From Oikopleura dioica (taxonomy: Eukaryota > Animalia > Chordata): a stretch of 64,000 bases of DNA. Below, piece by piece: positions 32,948-45,186 of the stretch. The notes beneath the pieces were generated by a model. The model made no database searches. It was not told where the DNA came from and saw only the letters and a list, made by a program, of their open reading frames with translations. Each line of letters starts with the position of its first letter. Position 1 is the first letter of the stretch. Made by a program: the position numbers and the translations under genes. The DNA lies in NCBI GenBank assembly GCA_907165135.1, contig OU015566.1:372001-436000 (forward strand), given 5' to 3'.

Positions 32948-33795
32948 ATACTTTTCACTCGCCTTTGCCTGATCCTACATTATCCTCGACTGCGTGATGC
33001 CTTCTGTTTTTATCTTTATTTTTCTTTTTGGTATTTTTCGATGTTTTTTTCTCGACTTTTTCAATTAACGATGATTTCTTACGGTCTTGTTTGAATTTAC
33101 ACTTCGATTTTGATTCCAATTGTTTCAATCTATAATCATTATATAGCCGTGTAAAAATACGCAGAGGAATGTCTTAACCCTAGCCGGTCAAGGTACTCCA
33201 AATATGGAGCAGGTTTTTACTCATTACCAATATTTAACGTATAATTTCCAGGGTTTAATGATTAAACTTTAATCTATTTCCCCAAGACCATATAATTTGA
33301 GATTTATCATTTGTATAGTCTTATTTGCAGGTAAATCCCTGGCGCCAAATATGGAGGTACCCGAGAAAAACCATTTTTGGCCGGCTAGGGTTAACCATTT
33401 TTCTTTCGAAAAAGCTCAGCAATTGTCTTCTTCACGTCACTATTCTTTGACGTCTTCACTAGAATCTCTTCATATCTTTTTTCTAAGCATTTGCCATGTT
33501 GATTCTTTTTTAAGACATGCTTTAAGAATATAATATTTTTAAAAAAAAGGAAAGAAAGAATCAGAATTGAGTTCAATTTAAAGGACATATTCTGAAAAAG
33601 GCTGCAATTCATACTTTGTTCGGGCGAGAAAAATAACACTTTTTCTATTCTTTAGGAAATAAGTTGAAAGTATATTCCAAGAACAGTGAAAGAAAGTAAA
33701 GTTCCAAATAATTTTATTAACCCTCATTTATCTTTTTCCCAAGAAACGAAAAAATTTGTTGTCATCCGACTCGAGACAAAAAATATCCATTTTAA

Positions 33796-34476
33796 GGGTA
33801 CTACCGTCGATTACCCCTATGACCGGTTATGTTAAATTTTTCATCGGAAATGAATTCCTCATAAAATTTTGACCAAAAAAGGTCCGAAGGTTTCATTCAT
33901 AACGTCAAGCGTTTTCATAATAATTAGAGTTTTAATTGATTTCTGTACTAGAAAGAATTTTTTCCGAAAAAATTTTTGGTGTCCGATTCTTTCAAATAAG
34001 GGCTCGTTTTGAAGCTCAGAACAAGATGATGATTATGGTGAGTTCATTAATTCTTGAACTAAGATATTTTAGCTTCTAGAGACAAAAATGCGTCGCCAAA
34101 TTTTGAAAAATGCTCAATTGTAGCAAAATCATAGAGACACGATTTTCAAAAAATTAATTTTGGTATTTTTCCTTTTTCAATCAAGAAAACCTTCTGTCAT
34201 TTTTAAGATGAAGGTTCAATTCACACATAAAAAATAAAATCAGGCTGAGTTTTCAAGCTACTTTTCGAGCTATTTCGCCGTTTATTCAGTCTATTTTTGC
34301 AACAATGATATTTTTAAGCTAGAAATTAGCTGACTTTTCAGTGAGCTATTCAAAAACGCCTCTGACAGAATAATGATCTAAGATAGCTTAACTTTTAGAG
34401 ACCATATGATACCCGCTATCCATGCCATGTTAAGGGTTATTCAAGGCTAAAGTTGGGGAAATCGAAGGTAGTACCC
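33796..34476. mobile_element. TTAA-flanked MITE (GGGTACTACC TIR) nested in a CAGTG-family MITE
   Basis: TTAA|GGGTACTACC...GGTAGTACCC|TTAA. The flanks continue the TAAGGCC subterminal repeats of the host MITE. Confidence 0.75.
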
Positions 34477-35346
34477 TTAAGGCCACTTTTGAAATTCGCT
34501 GTCATCCGAAAATCGGCCTTAAAAGTGCTTCACACTGTACTGTATCCGGTTTGAGAGACATCTTCACTTTTGTAAATTCGGCATTTTTGCCTTTTTTTCT
34601 AAATAAGAGGCATCAAAGACTCTTTTCGCGCTATAGTTCACAAAACATGGCCGCCCACACGCTAAAGGGTCGAATTTTACCTCTCAATACGTTTTATTGA
34701 GAATAAATGACAAGAGGATGAAGTTTTTAAGATCAAAAGATGGGACGCGAAAGTAGAGAAAGTTGGCCTCCTGCAAAAGTGAGTTTCCTACCAGATTTTG
34801 CGCGCAAGGGCCACAGGCCCGCAGCGTGCTTAACAGCGTTGATAATATTTTTTGGTTAGTGAAATCATCAGATACAATCTCGCTAGAAGAGAAGCAGAGT
34901 ACATGAAACAGAAGAAATGTATTATTATTCGATTAAAAATTTATGAATTTTGATAATTTATCCAGTGTCTTTTTACTAAAAGCGTTGAAAACTCGTATTT
35001 GCTGTTGGTTCCCCGCATCTTTTTTCCTGACTGAGCCAAAAAAACGCAGGATAATTCATTAAAAACATATCTAGAGACGCGCTTTCAAAAGAACAACAAC
35101 AACTTACAATGCATAATCGGCCCAAATCCTCAAAACCTGAAAATGGCAACAAGGGCAACATGCTGCCTTTTTTCAGGTTTTACCTAAAATCGGTATAGAC
35201 TTTACGGTATAGTCTATACCGTTTAGTCAATTTCTGACATGTCATGTCGTCGAATTCGACGAATAAAATTTCAAAAACGATATCAATAGTCAATTTATCA
35301 GATTTCTCAACATCAGAAATTATTTATAATTATCAACAAGAACAAA

Positions 35347-36367
35347 ATGAAGCCAATATTGATAACGAGACCAGAATTTACAAGTCCGCTGTTTCACTGC
35401 GATCCAATTCTATGTCTCGCAACTTGCTGTTTTCCCTGTTTGACTTTTCACTCGACACAGATGGCGCTTGACAGGTCAAAAGTTGGTTCCCGTTCTGGAT
35501 TATTTACCTTTGTTGAAACTGCTCTACAACTGAGTAGCTTTTGGGTACCGGTTATTGTGGAGACTTACGCTGCTACAATTCCAGCCGTCCTCTACTTTAT
35601 CGAAGCTGCACTGTGCATTGGATCATGTGTAAGTTTTCTTTGCAGAAGAATAACAATGTTATTTTTCTACGTCAAATTAAGTCGGGTTTTTGTTCTTTTG
35701 TCGAAATTTCAAAAAATTAACTTTTTATCGAAATACCATAGCAAATTCGGAAATCTAGGGTGTAGGGCGCCTAGGTTCACAATTGTAAACCCGGTTAATA
35801 AAATTATTCAAAAGAGTGAAATCAGGGGTTTTTATGCGCTTCGCGTCTGATTTATAGAGAAACTCATTGTGACGTTATGTGCCTTGACATAAACCACGCC
35901 TTCAGTAAATTTGAGTCACCTTTTTGACCGAAATTGTGAATCGGGTTCACAAAATTGTTAACCAACCGATTGTGAACCTGGGCGCCCGCCACCCCAAATC
36001 TTGCTTGTCGCTTCGGAATTCTTCGGCGATTCGAGCCGCCAGCCCGATCTACGGGGACAGCTCCAACATCTTAATTTTGAAGAAAAAATGTAAATACAGC
36101 GTTTTGTTAGCTCAAAAATTATGCTCATATATCAATTAAGATCACGTTCATGCTTATCTACGATCAGAGACAAGAAATCCGTGGAAAATATGGACTTATG
36201 GAAGAACCTCTCATGTAAGGTCAAAAAAAAATCATAACAAATATATTTTTAGGGATTGTCTTGCAATCGCCTTCTGCAGAGTTTGCGTCATGATCCAGCA
36301 CGAGAAACAAACTCACCCAACCACCATGATTGTTTCAACTCAAAATCCTGTTGTTGTTCAACCCTAA
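35347..36367 (+). CDS. PLAC8/cornifelin-family Cys-rich protein, exons 35347-35628, 36141-36214, 36253-36367
   Basis: EFTSPLFHCDPILCLATCCFPC...QRQEIRGKYGLMEEPLMDCLAIAFCRVCVMIQHEKQ. GT-AG introns are in consistent phases. Confidence 0.85.
35759..35994. mobile_element. Mutator-type MITE (GGTGTAGGGCG terminus) in the PLAC8 intron
   Basis: Imperfect TIRs and 9-bp flanks matching at 7/9. Same terminus as 46259. Confidence 0.55.
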
Positions 36368-36837
36368 GAAAAAATGAGATATTTACTGTTGATTATAATA
36401 ACGAAAATATAATCTTTTGTGGTTTCTAAAATAACTTGATCTATCAATCGAAAAGAAATGGAATGCGTGAAAGCGAGATTTTTGTATTTTAACGCCATAG
36501 GCACACTCTTAATTTTACATATTTTTGACAGGTACGGGATGATATGGATACGTTTAAATAAAAAAATTTTACTGCAGCCAGATTTGGATTCCTTATGGAA
36601 ACACGCTCCATTCATAGTGGTTCATTTTTTTGTGCAAAAGAAAAATTGAGTTACGTGGGTGATAACATTGAAGTTGAGCTCAGACGTTACAGAGAATCTT
36701 CTCCGTGCCGGATTCTGTAGAGAAAGCGCGCCACTTGTGTCTGACGGGCACCTTCAAATTTGTAACTGAGTAAAAAATTCGAAATCAAAACTATTGAACG
36801 AGTGTGCGCTTTGCGCTTCAATTGATGAAAACGGGGT

Positions 36838-37000
36838 TTCCTTACTTGGTAAAATTCCTTACTTGGTAAAATTCCTTACATGGTAAAATTCCTTACTTGG
36901 TAAAATTTTTTCTTTACCAAGTAAGGAATTTTACCAAGTAAGGAATTTTACCAAGTAAGGAATTTTACCAAGTAAGGAATTTTACCAAGTAAGGAATTTT
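36838..37000. repeat. Head-to-head array of a 17-bp unit (TTCCTTACTTGGTAAAA)
   Basis: Four forward copies followed by five reverse copies. Confidence 0.9.
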
Positions 37001-37255
37001 GAAGCGAAAAATATTCGAAAACAAAAATTGACCATATTGACATGAAAAGTATTCTCTGCGAACCCCCTCCGAGACAATTTTTCAGATTTAAATTTTTCTC
37101 AAATTTATGTTTCGGTATAATTTTTTTTATACCGCCAAGCGAATTCGCTTTCGCTTCGCTTCGTACTGGAGAGCAGAATTCGCTTCGCAAAAATTCCCAA
37201 ATTTTCGCTTAAATTTTTGTAAAGCAAGCGGCTTTGAAATTCGGAGGCTTCTTAA

Positions 37256-37789
37256 CCTTACGCCGCCAAGTGTGCCATATATGGCACCAAGACTTTAAAC
37301 CGCCTGTAATTTATTTTTTACTTGGAGTAAGAATTTCGCCGACCCCCCTTTATACCCTTATTTTTCGCTAAACTTTCACGTGGTAGGCATTTGGTTGGCT
37401 TAGCTTCGCTACAAATGCGTCAAAATAGCGAATTTAGCTTCGCTACTCGTGTGCCATATATGACACAAGAATGCATTGTGATGTGCCATATTTGGCACAT
37501 TTGGCGGCGGTGGGACTTTTTTCCGCCGAAAATGCATTGTAAGGAATTTTCCCTTATATGAGGAAGATAAACATTGCCGACATCAATCTGATGTCATTTG
37601 ATGTCGTCTGATGTCCTATAATGTCAAATGTCTAACATTTGGAAGCATGACAAAAAAAAAATTATTTTAAACATCTCCAGCCGACTTTTTAAGACTTGTG
37701 CCATATTTGGCATATCGAATACACTGCAATGTGCCATATATGGCACATTTGGCGGCGGGGGGGTGAAATTCGAGTTTGGCGGCGTAAGG
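37256..37789. mobile_element. piggyBac-type MITE (TTAA|CCTTACGCCGCCAA), 534 bp
   Basis: TIRs, TTAA TSD and internal GTGCCATATATGGCAC palindromes. Near-identical inverted copy at 58534-59066. Confidence 0.85.
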
Positions 37790-37983
37790 TTAATAAATGA
37801 TCAATTTTATGTAACGCCTTGAATGGCTGGAATTAAACCCGAAAATGGATAACCTGGTTATGCAATAACCTCGGCGCCCGACACCTAGCAGTCCCAATTT
37901 GTTAAAAATTCAATCAGAGTAGATTTAAATTTTTTTACTGATATTAATATCAATCTTTACTCGTCGTGCTCAAAAACGTTTAA

Positions 37984-38418
37984 CTTCTCAATACACGGGC
38001 GCGCGACTAAGCGCTCAAAACACGGGGTCGGGTGAGGGGACCACAATGCATTATTCGGCCCCGCGCGGCGCGCAAAATTCGGAGTGTAATAAAGAGCGCT
38101 CAAGACTTTTAGCTCTAACTTGCGTTTCCGGCGAGCAAAAAAGTCACAATACATATCGCTGGAAAGCTTGAACACTCACCTATCAAGATTTACAATTAAT
38201 TTTGCATAAAACTTTTTGGATTTACGGCTGGAGAGTGAAAGATAAATCCGGTGCAAAATGCCACCACTTTTGAGAAAACTTCCAAAATTTCACAAAGTGG
38301 TTCGTTTTAGTCATCTTAGCTCACATATCAAAAATCAGGTCAAATGGATTATCACAACAGAAATGACGGCGGCTCAAAGTCGCCGTGGTCGGTTGAACCG
38401 ACCACGTGTATTGAGAAG
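37984..38418. mobile_element. TTAA-flanked MITE (CTTCTCAATACACG TIR)
   Basis: TIRs with TTAA on both sides. A related end lies at 42600-42746. Confidence 0.7.
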
Positions 38419-38544
38419 TTAAAGTTAATGTTAGCGCATTGGTTCATTTATGTACAAAGTAAAAAAAAGTATTCCGGTTACTTTTACCATTTCTAGAACA
38501 TACCTGTTTTCCACGTTGATAGAGCATAATTTTGCCAGTTTAAA

Positions 38545-41500
38545 ATGAGCCAATATCTTTCCCAAAAGGACAAATATGATATTGTCGAAGAGATCTACAA
38601 GCACGGTCAAGCTGCTGAAAAGCAAAGATTCAAAGAATTTGTCTCCGCTACAAGAATGCAGAGATGGTGGCGAGGGAGGATAGCCAGGATAAGACTGACA
38701 AACGCCGTCGAAGCGGCCTCTACTGTCAGTCGATTCATGGGAGCCGTCAAGGCAAAAAAGATTCTGATGCGATGTATAAAAAAGAGGGTTCTTCTTGATC
38801 AACGCGAGTTCTTTGACCAGAAGATTGTTAAATTTCAAGCTCTATGGCGTGGATATGCAAGTCGAAAAAACAAATTCTCATATTATCAGTGGAAACGTGA
38901 TTTAGCGGTAAGTAAACTCAATCATTGAACCCTAAGAAATCATATGTTACAATTCTTTGAAACCGACGTTAATATTATTATTTTTTATACGGCTTATATT
39001 AAAGACCTTATCATTCCATTTTTATTTATAAAAAATTTGAAATTTGAAATACTTTTTGCGACCGACAACCATTTTTGATTAAGTGTATTAAGAATATTAA
39101 GTTATGATTCAATTTTGGTTTTTTTTCAACAGGAATTATTGATATTTATCGCAATAAAACTAGTTATTCTTCATTTTAAAACCCAAAAGAATCGTTATCT
39201 TAGTTCTAATCGTCTCTTTTGGGGAAAAGATAATGTATATAATCTTCGAAAAATTGTTTTTAATCGCCATGCCTGTTTTGAATAATTTTCCAAACAGTTG
39301 TTTGTCGCAAAATTTCTATATTGAGACCTTAATTTAAGATCTTCACCAGAAAGTCCATCAAATTTTAGGCCCATAACGTCCTGGTCTCGTTACTATCTGA
39401 CAATGATTACAGGGAGTTAGAGGAGTCGAAAGGTGCTCCATGTCCAAAATGGATATTAATCATATCAATGATAATATGATATTATGGCCGTTGGAGGTTC
39501 GCCGACATAGTTTCATGAACTCCGAATCAATCACTCTTTCTCAATGTTTATGGACTGAATTATTTATTTAGAAACTTGAAATCATAAACGAAATAACACT
39601 ACGAAATCTCAAGCAGTATAAAATCATGAAACAACTCGAAGAAGCTCAACAAAAGAACGAAAAAGAAAACAAATTAGGTTAGAGTTTCAACAGAATGATC
39701 TTTTGTGTGTGAAGAAATGGATTTGGCTCAAAATCATTAATAGGAGATCAATGAAAAAATAATTAATAGGCCATATTTAGGGTTTATCACGGGAAAATTG
39801 AAGTTATCATTTTTTCCTGAAATTTTCTCAAAATACCGAAATAAGAGGCGGCGCTCGACGTTTTGGTGGTGCTGCGCGCACTGTCTCGGCGCACTTGGTG
39901 CAATGATAATTTACCTCCCAAATTGTTTGAAATTAGTTTTCTATGAGTTTTAAAATATGCTGAATGCGGTAACGATGTAATTTATTGCTTGATCGATTAT
40001 TGCATAATCGAAATTCAGCCAATAAAGAAAAAAAATCCATGTCAAAAGGCTTTTTATTTATCTGCCTTTGTCCATTCTAAACTCTTAATCAGAAAAAAAT
40101 CGACCAAACTACGAACCTATTAATTATCTGACTTGCACTTCGACTCAAATCGTGGACAGAAGCAAGGTTATTCATAAAAAAAAGCGTTCCGAAATCATCC
40201 CTTCCTGCATGATAAACGTCTTTGAGGAAAAGAAACCGCCAGTTCAGCTAAATCCGATAAAATCTCGTGGAAGACCAAAAGGACCATTTCGATCTGAGGC
40301 AGCTGTCAATAAGCAGAAAATGCGAGCGCCGAGTCCGACTTTGAGAGTGGCAACTCCCTATGATTTTCATAAAAATAAAAAGCAATACGAAAATAAACTT
40401 TGGTGGATAAGAAGAATTCAAGATCCAATGGTAAGCTAATCGTCAATATGCTCCATACAAATCTAGCTGTTATAGAAATCCTGGGTCAGCACATGCCACA
40501 GAAATCTTGCTGGCAAGGCAAAGAAAGTTAATCAGAATTTTTTTTTTGTCAAATCAACACCAAATCCACTCACCCTTATTAAAAATGTTGCTCGAACTCT
40601 GACAAAAATTTTTTTATTAAGCACCCCCCCGTCAACAATTTTCCTCAAAAAATCGAAAATTTCAAAAAAGCCATATTTTGGCTTCTAAGCGAGCCTGGAA
40701 GTTCAATTTATAATCAAAACTTGTTGGGAGCACTTCTTGACCAATAAAAATCTGAAATTTTAGCAAAATTTGGACTTTTTCATCATTTTTCGTCAAAAAG
40801 TCCGATTTTCAAACGCGATTTTGAGGGTGTTAGAATCGAGATAGACTCCCAATAAATGAAGCCTCAAAATCGTTTTTTGACCTGTAGATTCCATTTCAGG
40901 GGTCAAAATTTCAAATTTCCGAAAATAGATTTTTCGAAAATTGTTGACGGGGGTCCTTAAATCTTAGGGTCAAACTTTAGTTTAATCTAGCTAGAAATAA
41001 TTTTTAAAATTCGAATAAGACGTTCTGATATATATCCGAGGAGAAAATCGTCTCAATTAGAGTATAAACCAGGGCTGTCGATTTCGAGTCCCGAGACGTT
41101 TTTCCGGATAATCCGCAAGCTTTTAAGCGTTTTTACGCTTTACAATAATTACTCGGGCTGTCTTTTACTAGGTGAAAATATTTTTGTGAAATAAAGACAC
41201 CTAAATGGCTTTTTTAGTCGCGGGTAATCCGAAAGAAGCCCTGGTACGTTTTAAAAATATAATTTTTTTTTCATTTTGAGACAATATAGATAACTTGAAT
41301 AATTCAGTTGACTGGAAAATCTTTAACCCTCTGCGTGACGATCAGAACTACTCCTATGCGTGACGCGGGTGCATTTAGTGCACCCGGCCCATCTATGGAA
41401 GATAAAATATCTTTTGAGACGGCCAAACGGGGACGCTGGGCGTGTTTCCCATTTTCTCGCCTAACGCTTTTTCCTTCAAATTTTATAATGCAACTTACTG

Positions 41501-41700
41501 TCTTTTTTTAGAAGTTCGAAAAGGTGTCGAAACCATCATACGAACGTACTCTTTGGGGACTAACGAAATTCTATCCTGGTGAATTGACGACATTCAATTT
41601 ACGCGACGAGTACGAAGACCCAAACAGACCAAAGTTTAGATCTCAAGTGAGAAGCATACCACTCTTTGATCAATTTGGGCGAACCTATAATGAAAGATAG
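38545..41700 (+). CDS. SPATA17: Spermatogenesis-associated protein 17 (IQ motifs), exons 38545-38907, 39572-39677, 40093-40430, 41512-41700
   Basis: IQ motifs (RMQRWWRG, KFQALWRG), FSYYQWKRDL, KGPFRS...PSPTLRVATP and C-terminal LFDQFGRTY are recognisably colinear with SPATA17. Splice phases are consistent. Confidence 0.8.
40621..40956. mobile_element. TTAA-flanked MITE (G.ACCCCC.GTCAACAATTTT TIR) in a SPATA17 intron
   Basis: TIRs and TTAA flanks. Related right ends near 423 and 63350. Confidence 0.7.
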
Positions 41701-42939
41701 AAAGATGCAGCTTGACCAAAATAAATTATTTTATAGTCAATTTGTTATTTTTTATTTATTCTTGATTCGAGCTAAAACGAGAGAAGTTACAAAGATTACG
41801 AATAAAATATTTTCAAGGTTAAACGCAGATCGTACCAATTAATTGGTATGTCCCTTTTCCTATCATTTAACAATGAAACTATCAAGTTTACTGTATAAAT
41901 GATTGAAATATATGATTCTTAGACGCTAAGCTTCAATTTTTTCTCCTTATTATACCCATATCATTTTGAAAATATGAGTATATATGCAAATTTCAAAATG
42001 TGTCGAAAGACGACGTGAATAAAAATATCCTTTCAAAAGGGAAAAATATCCGAGTTCAAAATCTTGTTCAATAGCTAAGATCAAAAATTTTCGAAAAAAA
42101 TTATTTTTTGACACCGGAATCGAATTCCTCGATAAAAAGTTACTCCATATGTCCATAATATTTTTCATACGTTAAGGAGGGGGTCGACGAGAATCGGGAT
42201 TTCCGTGACCAGTGTTTGAAATAATGGTCAAAACTCTTGTGAGCGAGTGAGCGCGAGCTGAGGCCCTCAGAATTTTAACACGAGTGAGCGAGCGCGAGCA
42301 GACTCTTTTGACTTTTTCGTGAGCGAGCGAGCGCGAGCGCAGATACCAGGATTTTTCTATGAGTGAGCAAGCGTGAGCGCTCGCTCGCTCGCTCGCGCTC
42401 GCTCGCAGCTTTTTAACAACGTTTTCATTGAGTGATTTCTTGAAAAATTCTAATACTTTTAAATTTGAACAACTTTTAACTATCATAAATTAATGATGTG
42501 TATTCTTACGAGATTAAAAGATAGATTTCATAAATATGAAATGATTATAGAAGAGGGTTCAAGCTTTCTAGCAATACATTTACGAGCTTTTTTACCCGCC
42601 GGAAACGTCAATTAGAGCCAAAAGTCCTGAGCGCTGTTTTTCACACTCTGAATTTGGCGCGCCGCGCGGGACTGGATAATGCATTGTGGTCCAATAATTG
42701 GACCCCGTGTTTTGAGCGCTTAGTCGCGCGCCCGTGTATTGAGAAGTTAAAGTTGAGTTATGAAGAATTAAAGGGCCTTATACCAATTAATTTGTCGCTG
42801 TGCGTTTCGGCGTTAATTTGAATGAAGCGAAATAGAAAAAATCAAGAAATTGATTATGGAATACAATCGATCAAATCCTGGGTCTCAAAATCTTGAAAAA
42901 ATGAGTTTTTTATTTCCTTTATAAGTTATGAGTCATGAA

Positions 42940-43214
42940 TCAAATTGTCTTTTTGATCACCGACTTACGATCACGGACTGGATTAGTTGGTTTTGGATCC
43001 CGAAGGGGAGTAGCTTGCGGTGCAACAGGTGGAAGAGCGTAAGATGGTGCAGGCTCGGCGTAAGACGGAGTTAACGGAGCTTGCCATGAAGGAGACCCTG
43101 CTACCGGATCTTCAGTAGGATATATAGATTGTTCTCCGAAGAAATATGAAGAAGCACTTCCATATGAAGATGCCCCCAAGGATCTTGAGATCCCTGATTT
43201 CCGGGATAAGACAT
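42940..43214 (-). CDS. Pro/Ser/Tyr-rich ORF with an apparent 1-bp frameshift
   Basis: MSYPGNQGSQDPWG continues into ASSYGSASSY...PAPSYALPPVAP only if the C5 run at 43173-43177 were C6. Confidence 0.4.
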
Positions 43215-43415
43215 TTTTATTTCGAGTTTATTTCGAGCGTGATCCAAACTGCATTCTTTTCGACGATCTTGCAAATAAAACACCTACTGGCGGTGATGCC
43301 TGAAATCACCAAAGAGAATCCACTGTTTTATATTTTCAATAAATTTTCGAAATATTTGGAAAAAAATGATGATTAACAAAGTTTATTGATATATTATGAG
43401 CTTTAGCAAAATAAT

Positions 43416-44980
43416 TCAAGATGAGAATATTTTGTCCTTGTTAATATACGCATTCAATTGTTCCATAATGCTGCCAAAGATACCGCTGAGCAAAAAGAAT
43501 AGAATAATGTAGCAGAATATTGATTTACATCTTTGATCCGAGTAATTTTCATTCACTATAAAAACCATTAGTAATGGTCCACTATGGTAAGGCTTAAGGG
43601 GGTTCGACGATAATCGGGATTTTTAGGAACAAAATTCCGAGAAAACCTGATTGGCCGGAAAAATTTGGACTTTTAAGGTTATAAGAAAAGGGTTGAAAAA
43701 ATCTATCGGCGAAAAGAAAAAAAATTTTGACCAGAAAAAATGGTCGAAAACTTGGTCTAAAAGTGGACCCCAAATTGCCATTTTGGCAATTTTTTGATTT
43801 TTTCGTCATTTTTCTTCGGACACTTTTTGTAAAGAAGTGCACAAAATTTCTGCGAAGACTCGCGAAACTCTTTGCCGATAGATTCTTAATACCCTTCTTT
43901 TCCCAACCGAGAACTCAAAATAAACTTACGCAATCGGGTTTTTAGGGAAATTTGTTTTTAAAATTCTTATTTTCGTCGACCTCCCCCTTCAGTTAAGGTT
44001 AAAACTCTTTAGTACTAAAGTTATATTAATACTGAAAAGATAATTTTATCTCTCAGAAAAACATAATTTTTTGATAATGTCGGTTTTTTGAATAATGTCT
44101 TATTAAAAAAAGCGTACCTTTTACTTGTACCCAAATCATTGCTTGATAAAGATCACTATGATTCCATCCAGTCTTCAAAAACCGTTATTTAAAATTCGTA
44201 CATAATAACCTAAGCATTGGATAAGCATAGTATCTTCTTCTGAAAGTGAGCGCATCTCCGGATTCCAGCCGGATTTCACACCACATTGATTTGGAATAGT
44301 TGGAAACTGATACAATCGGTCATCGAATGATTTTCTTGTGCATGGCAGAATAGCGGTGGTGTTTTTTGGTTCACCTGGAATGCTAATAATAATTATTTTT
44401 TTTGAAGTAGTGATTTACCTGGAAGCACCTCAGTGATAAAAAAATGAATAAATTCGGGACCACCTCGAACGAAATTAGCTTTGGTCAGCGGAATCCTGCG
44501 CAGAGTTCGAAATTTTCAAAAAGTCGCAGCTCTCAATTTTGCCCCCAAAGATTTCAAAGTCTTCCATTCCCAAAAAAATGGGAGCCAATGAGAGTTAATG
44601 GCTGCCAGCTCCCAAAAATTTCGAACTCTGATCCTGGGAGGCTTCCAGACTGTTTTAGTACCACCATGAGAATTATTACTGTCTACTCGAACACTCACAA
44701 GTATTCTATTACTGGTCAAAATATTTATATATTGACGGAGAATCGCTTTTCGTAAATTGATATCGGCATTCTTCGGTGATCTTGATCTGGTTACTTACTT
44801 TGGAAAGGGATCAAGAAATGAGCTTTTCATTTAATTATGAAACCAATAAGACCTGAAAAGGGCTTTGAGATCTTCTAAATCGTGACATTCTTTGTCAGGA
44901 ACATGAACAGGGTCGTGGATTTGAACAACGTGGCTCATTTGAGAACTGCCTTTGTAACTGACCATTTTTACTGTTTCCAT
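43416..44980 (-). CDS. Multi-exon gene of an unrecognised family with C-terminal TM segment (likely extends 5' to about 47.4 kb)
   Basis: Exons give SPKNADINLRKAILRQYINIL...KPPRIPLTKANF...FFITEVLPGEPKNT...FDDRLYQFP...SGWN...TGWNHSDLY...IFCYIILFFLLSGIFG. The paralogue at 63431-63951 has the same intron positions. Confidence 0.7.
44501..44630. mobile_element. 130-bp hAT-type MITE inserted in a coding exon
   Basis: 16-bp TIR CAGAGTTCGAAATTTT and 8-bp TSD ATCCTGCG/ATCCTGGG. The same terminus occurs near 52477 and 60716. Confidence 0.88.
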
Positions 44981-45186
44981 AACATTCAAAAATAAGTTCT
45001 AGAAATTCAAAAATACTTTTTTGATCAATTTTTCATATAAAAATTGTTATTCCGTCGCCAAAAGAATTCCAACAGCAACAAACTCTCAGTTAACCACCTG
45101 CATAATAGAGCGAAGCAGCTCTTGCAAAACTTGCTCAATCGACGGCTTGTTTATCAGTTTTTGCGGTAATGTTAAAAAAGAGAATA

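Larger units (their letters stand above)
32438..32979 (+). mobile_element. TRIM (non-autonomous mini LTR retrotransposon) with a tRNA-like gene in each LTR (Helenus-like)
   Basis: Identical 167-bp LTRs TG...CA (32438-32604, 32813-32979), 4-bp TSD TTAT, PBS TGGTGAAGA at 32608, PPT AGGGGGAG at 32804-32811 and no ORF. Confidence 0.92.

Noticed and set aside
32434-32958. 174-aa ORF with an internal repeat
   Set aside because: Antisense read-through of the two TRIM LTRs.
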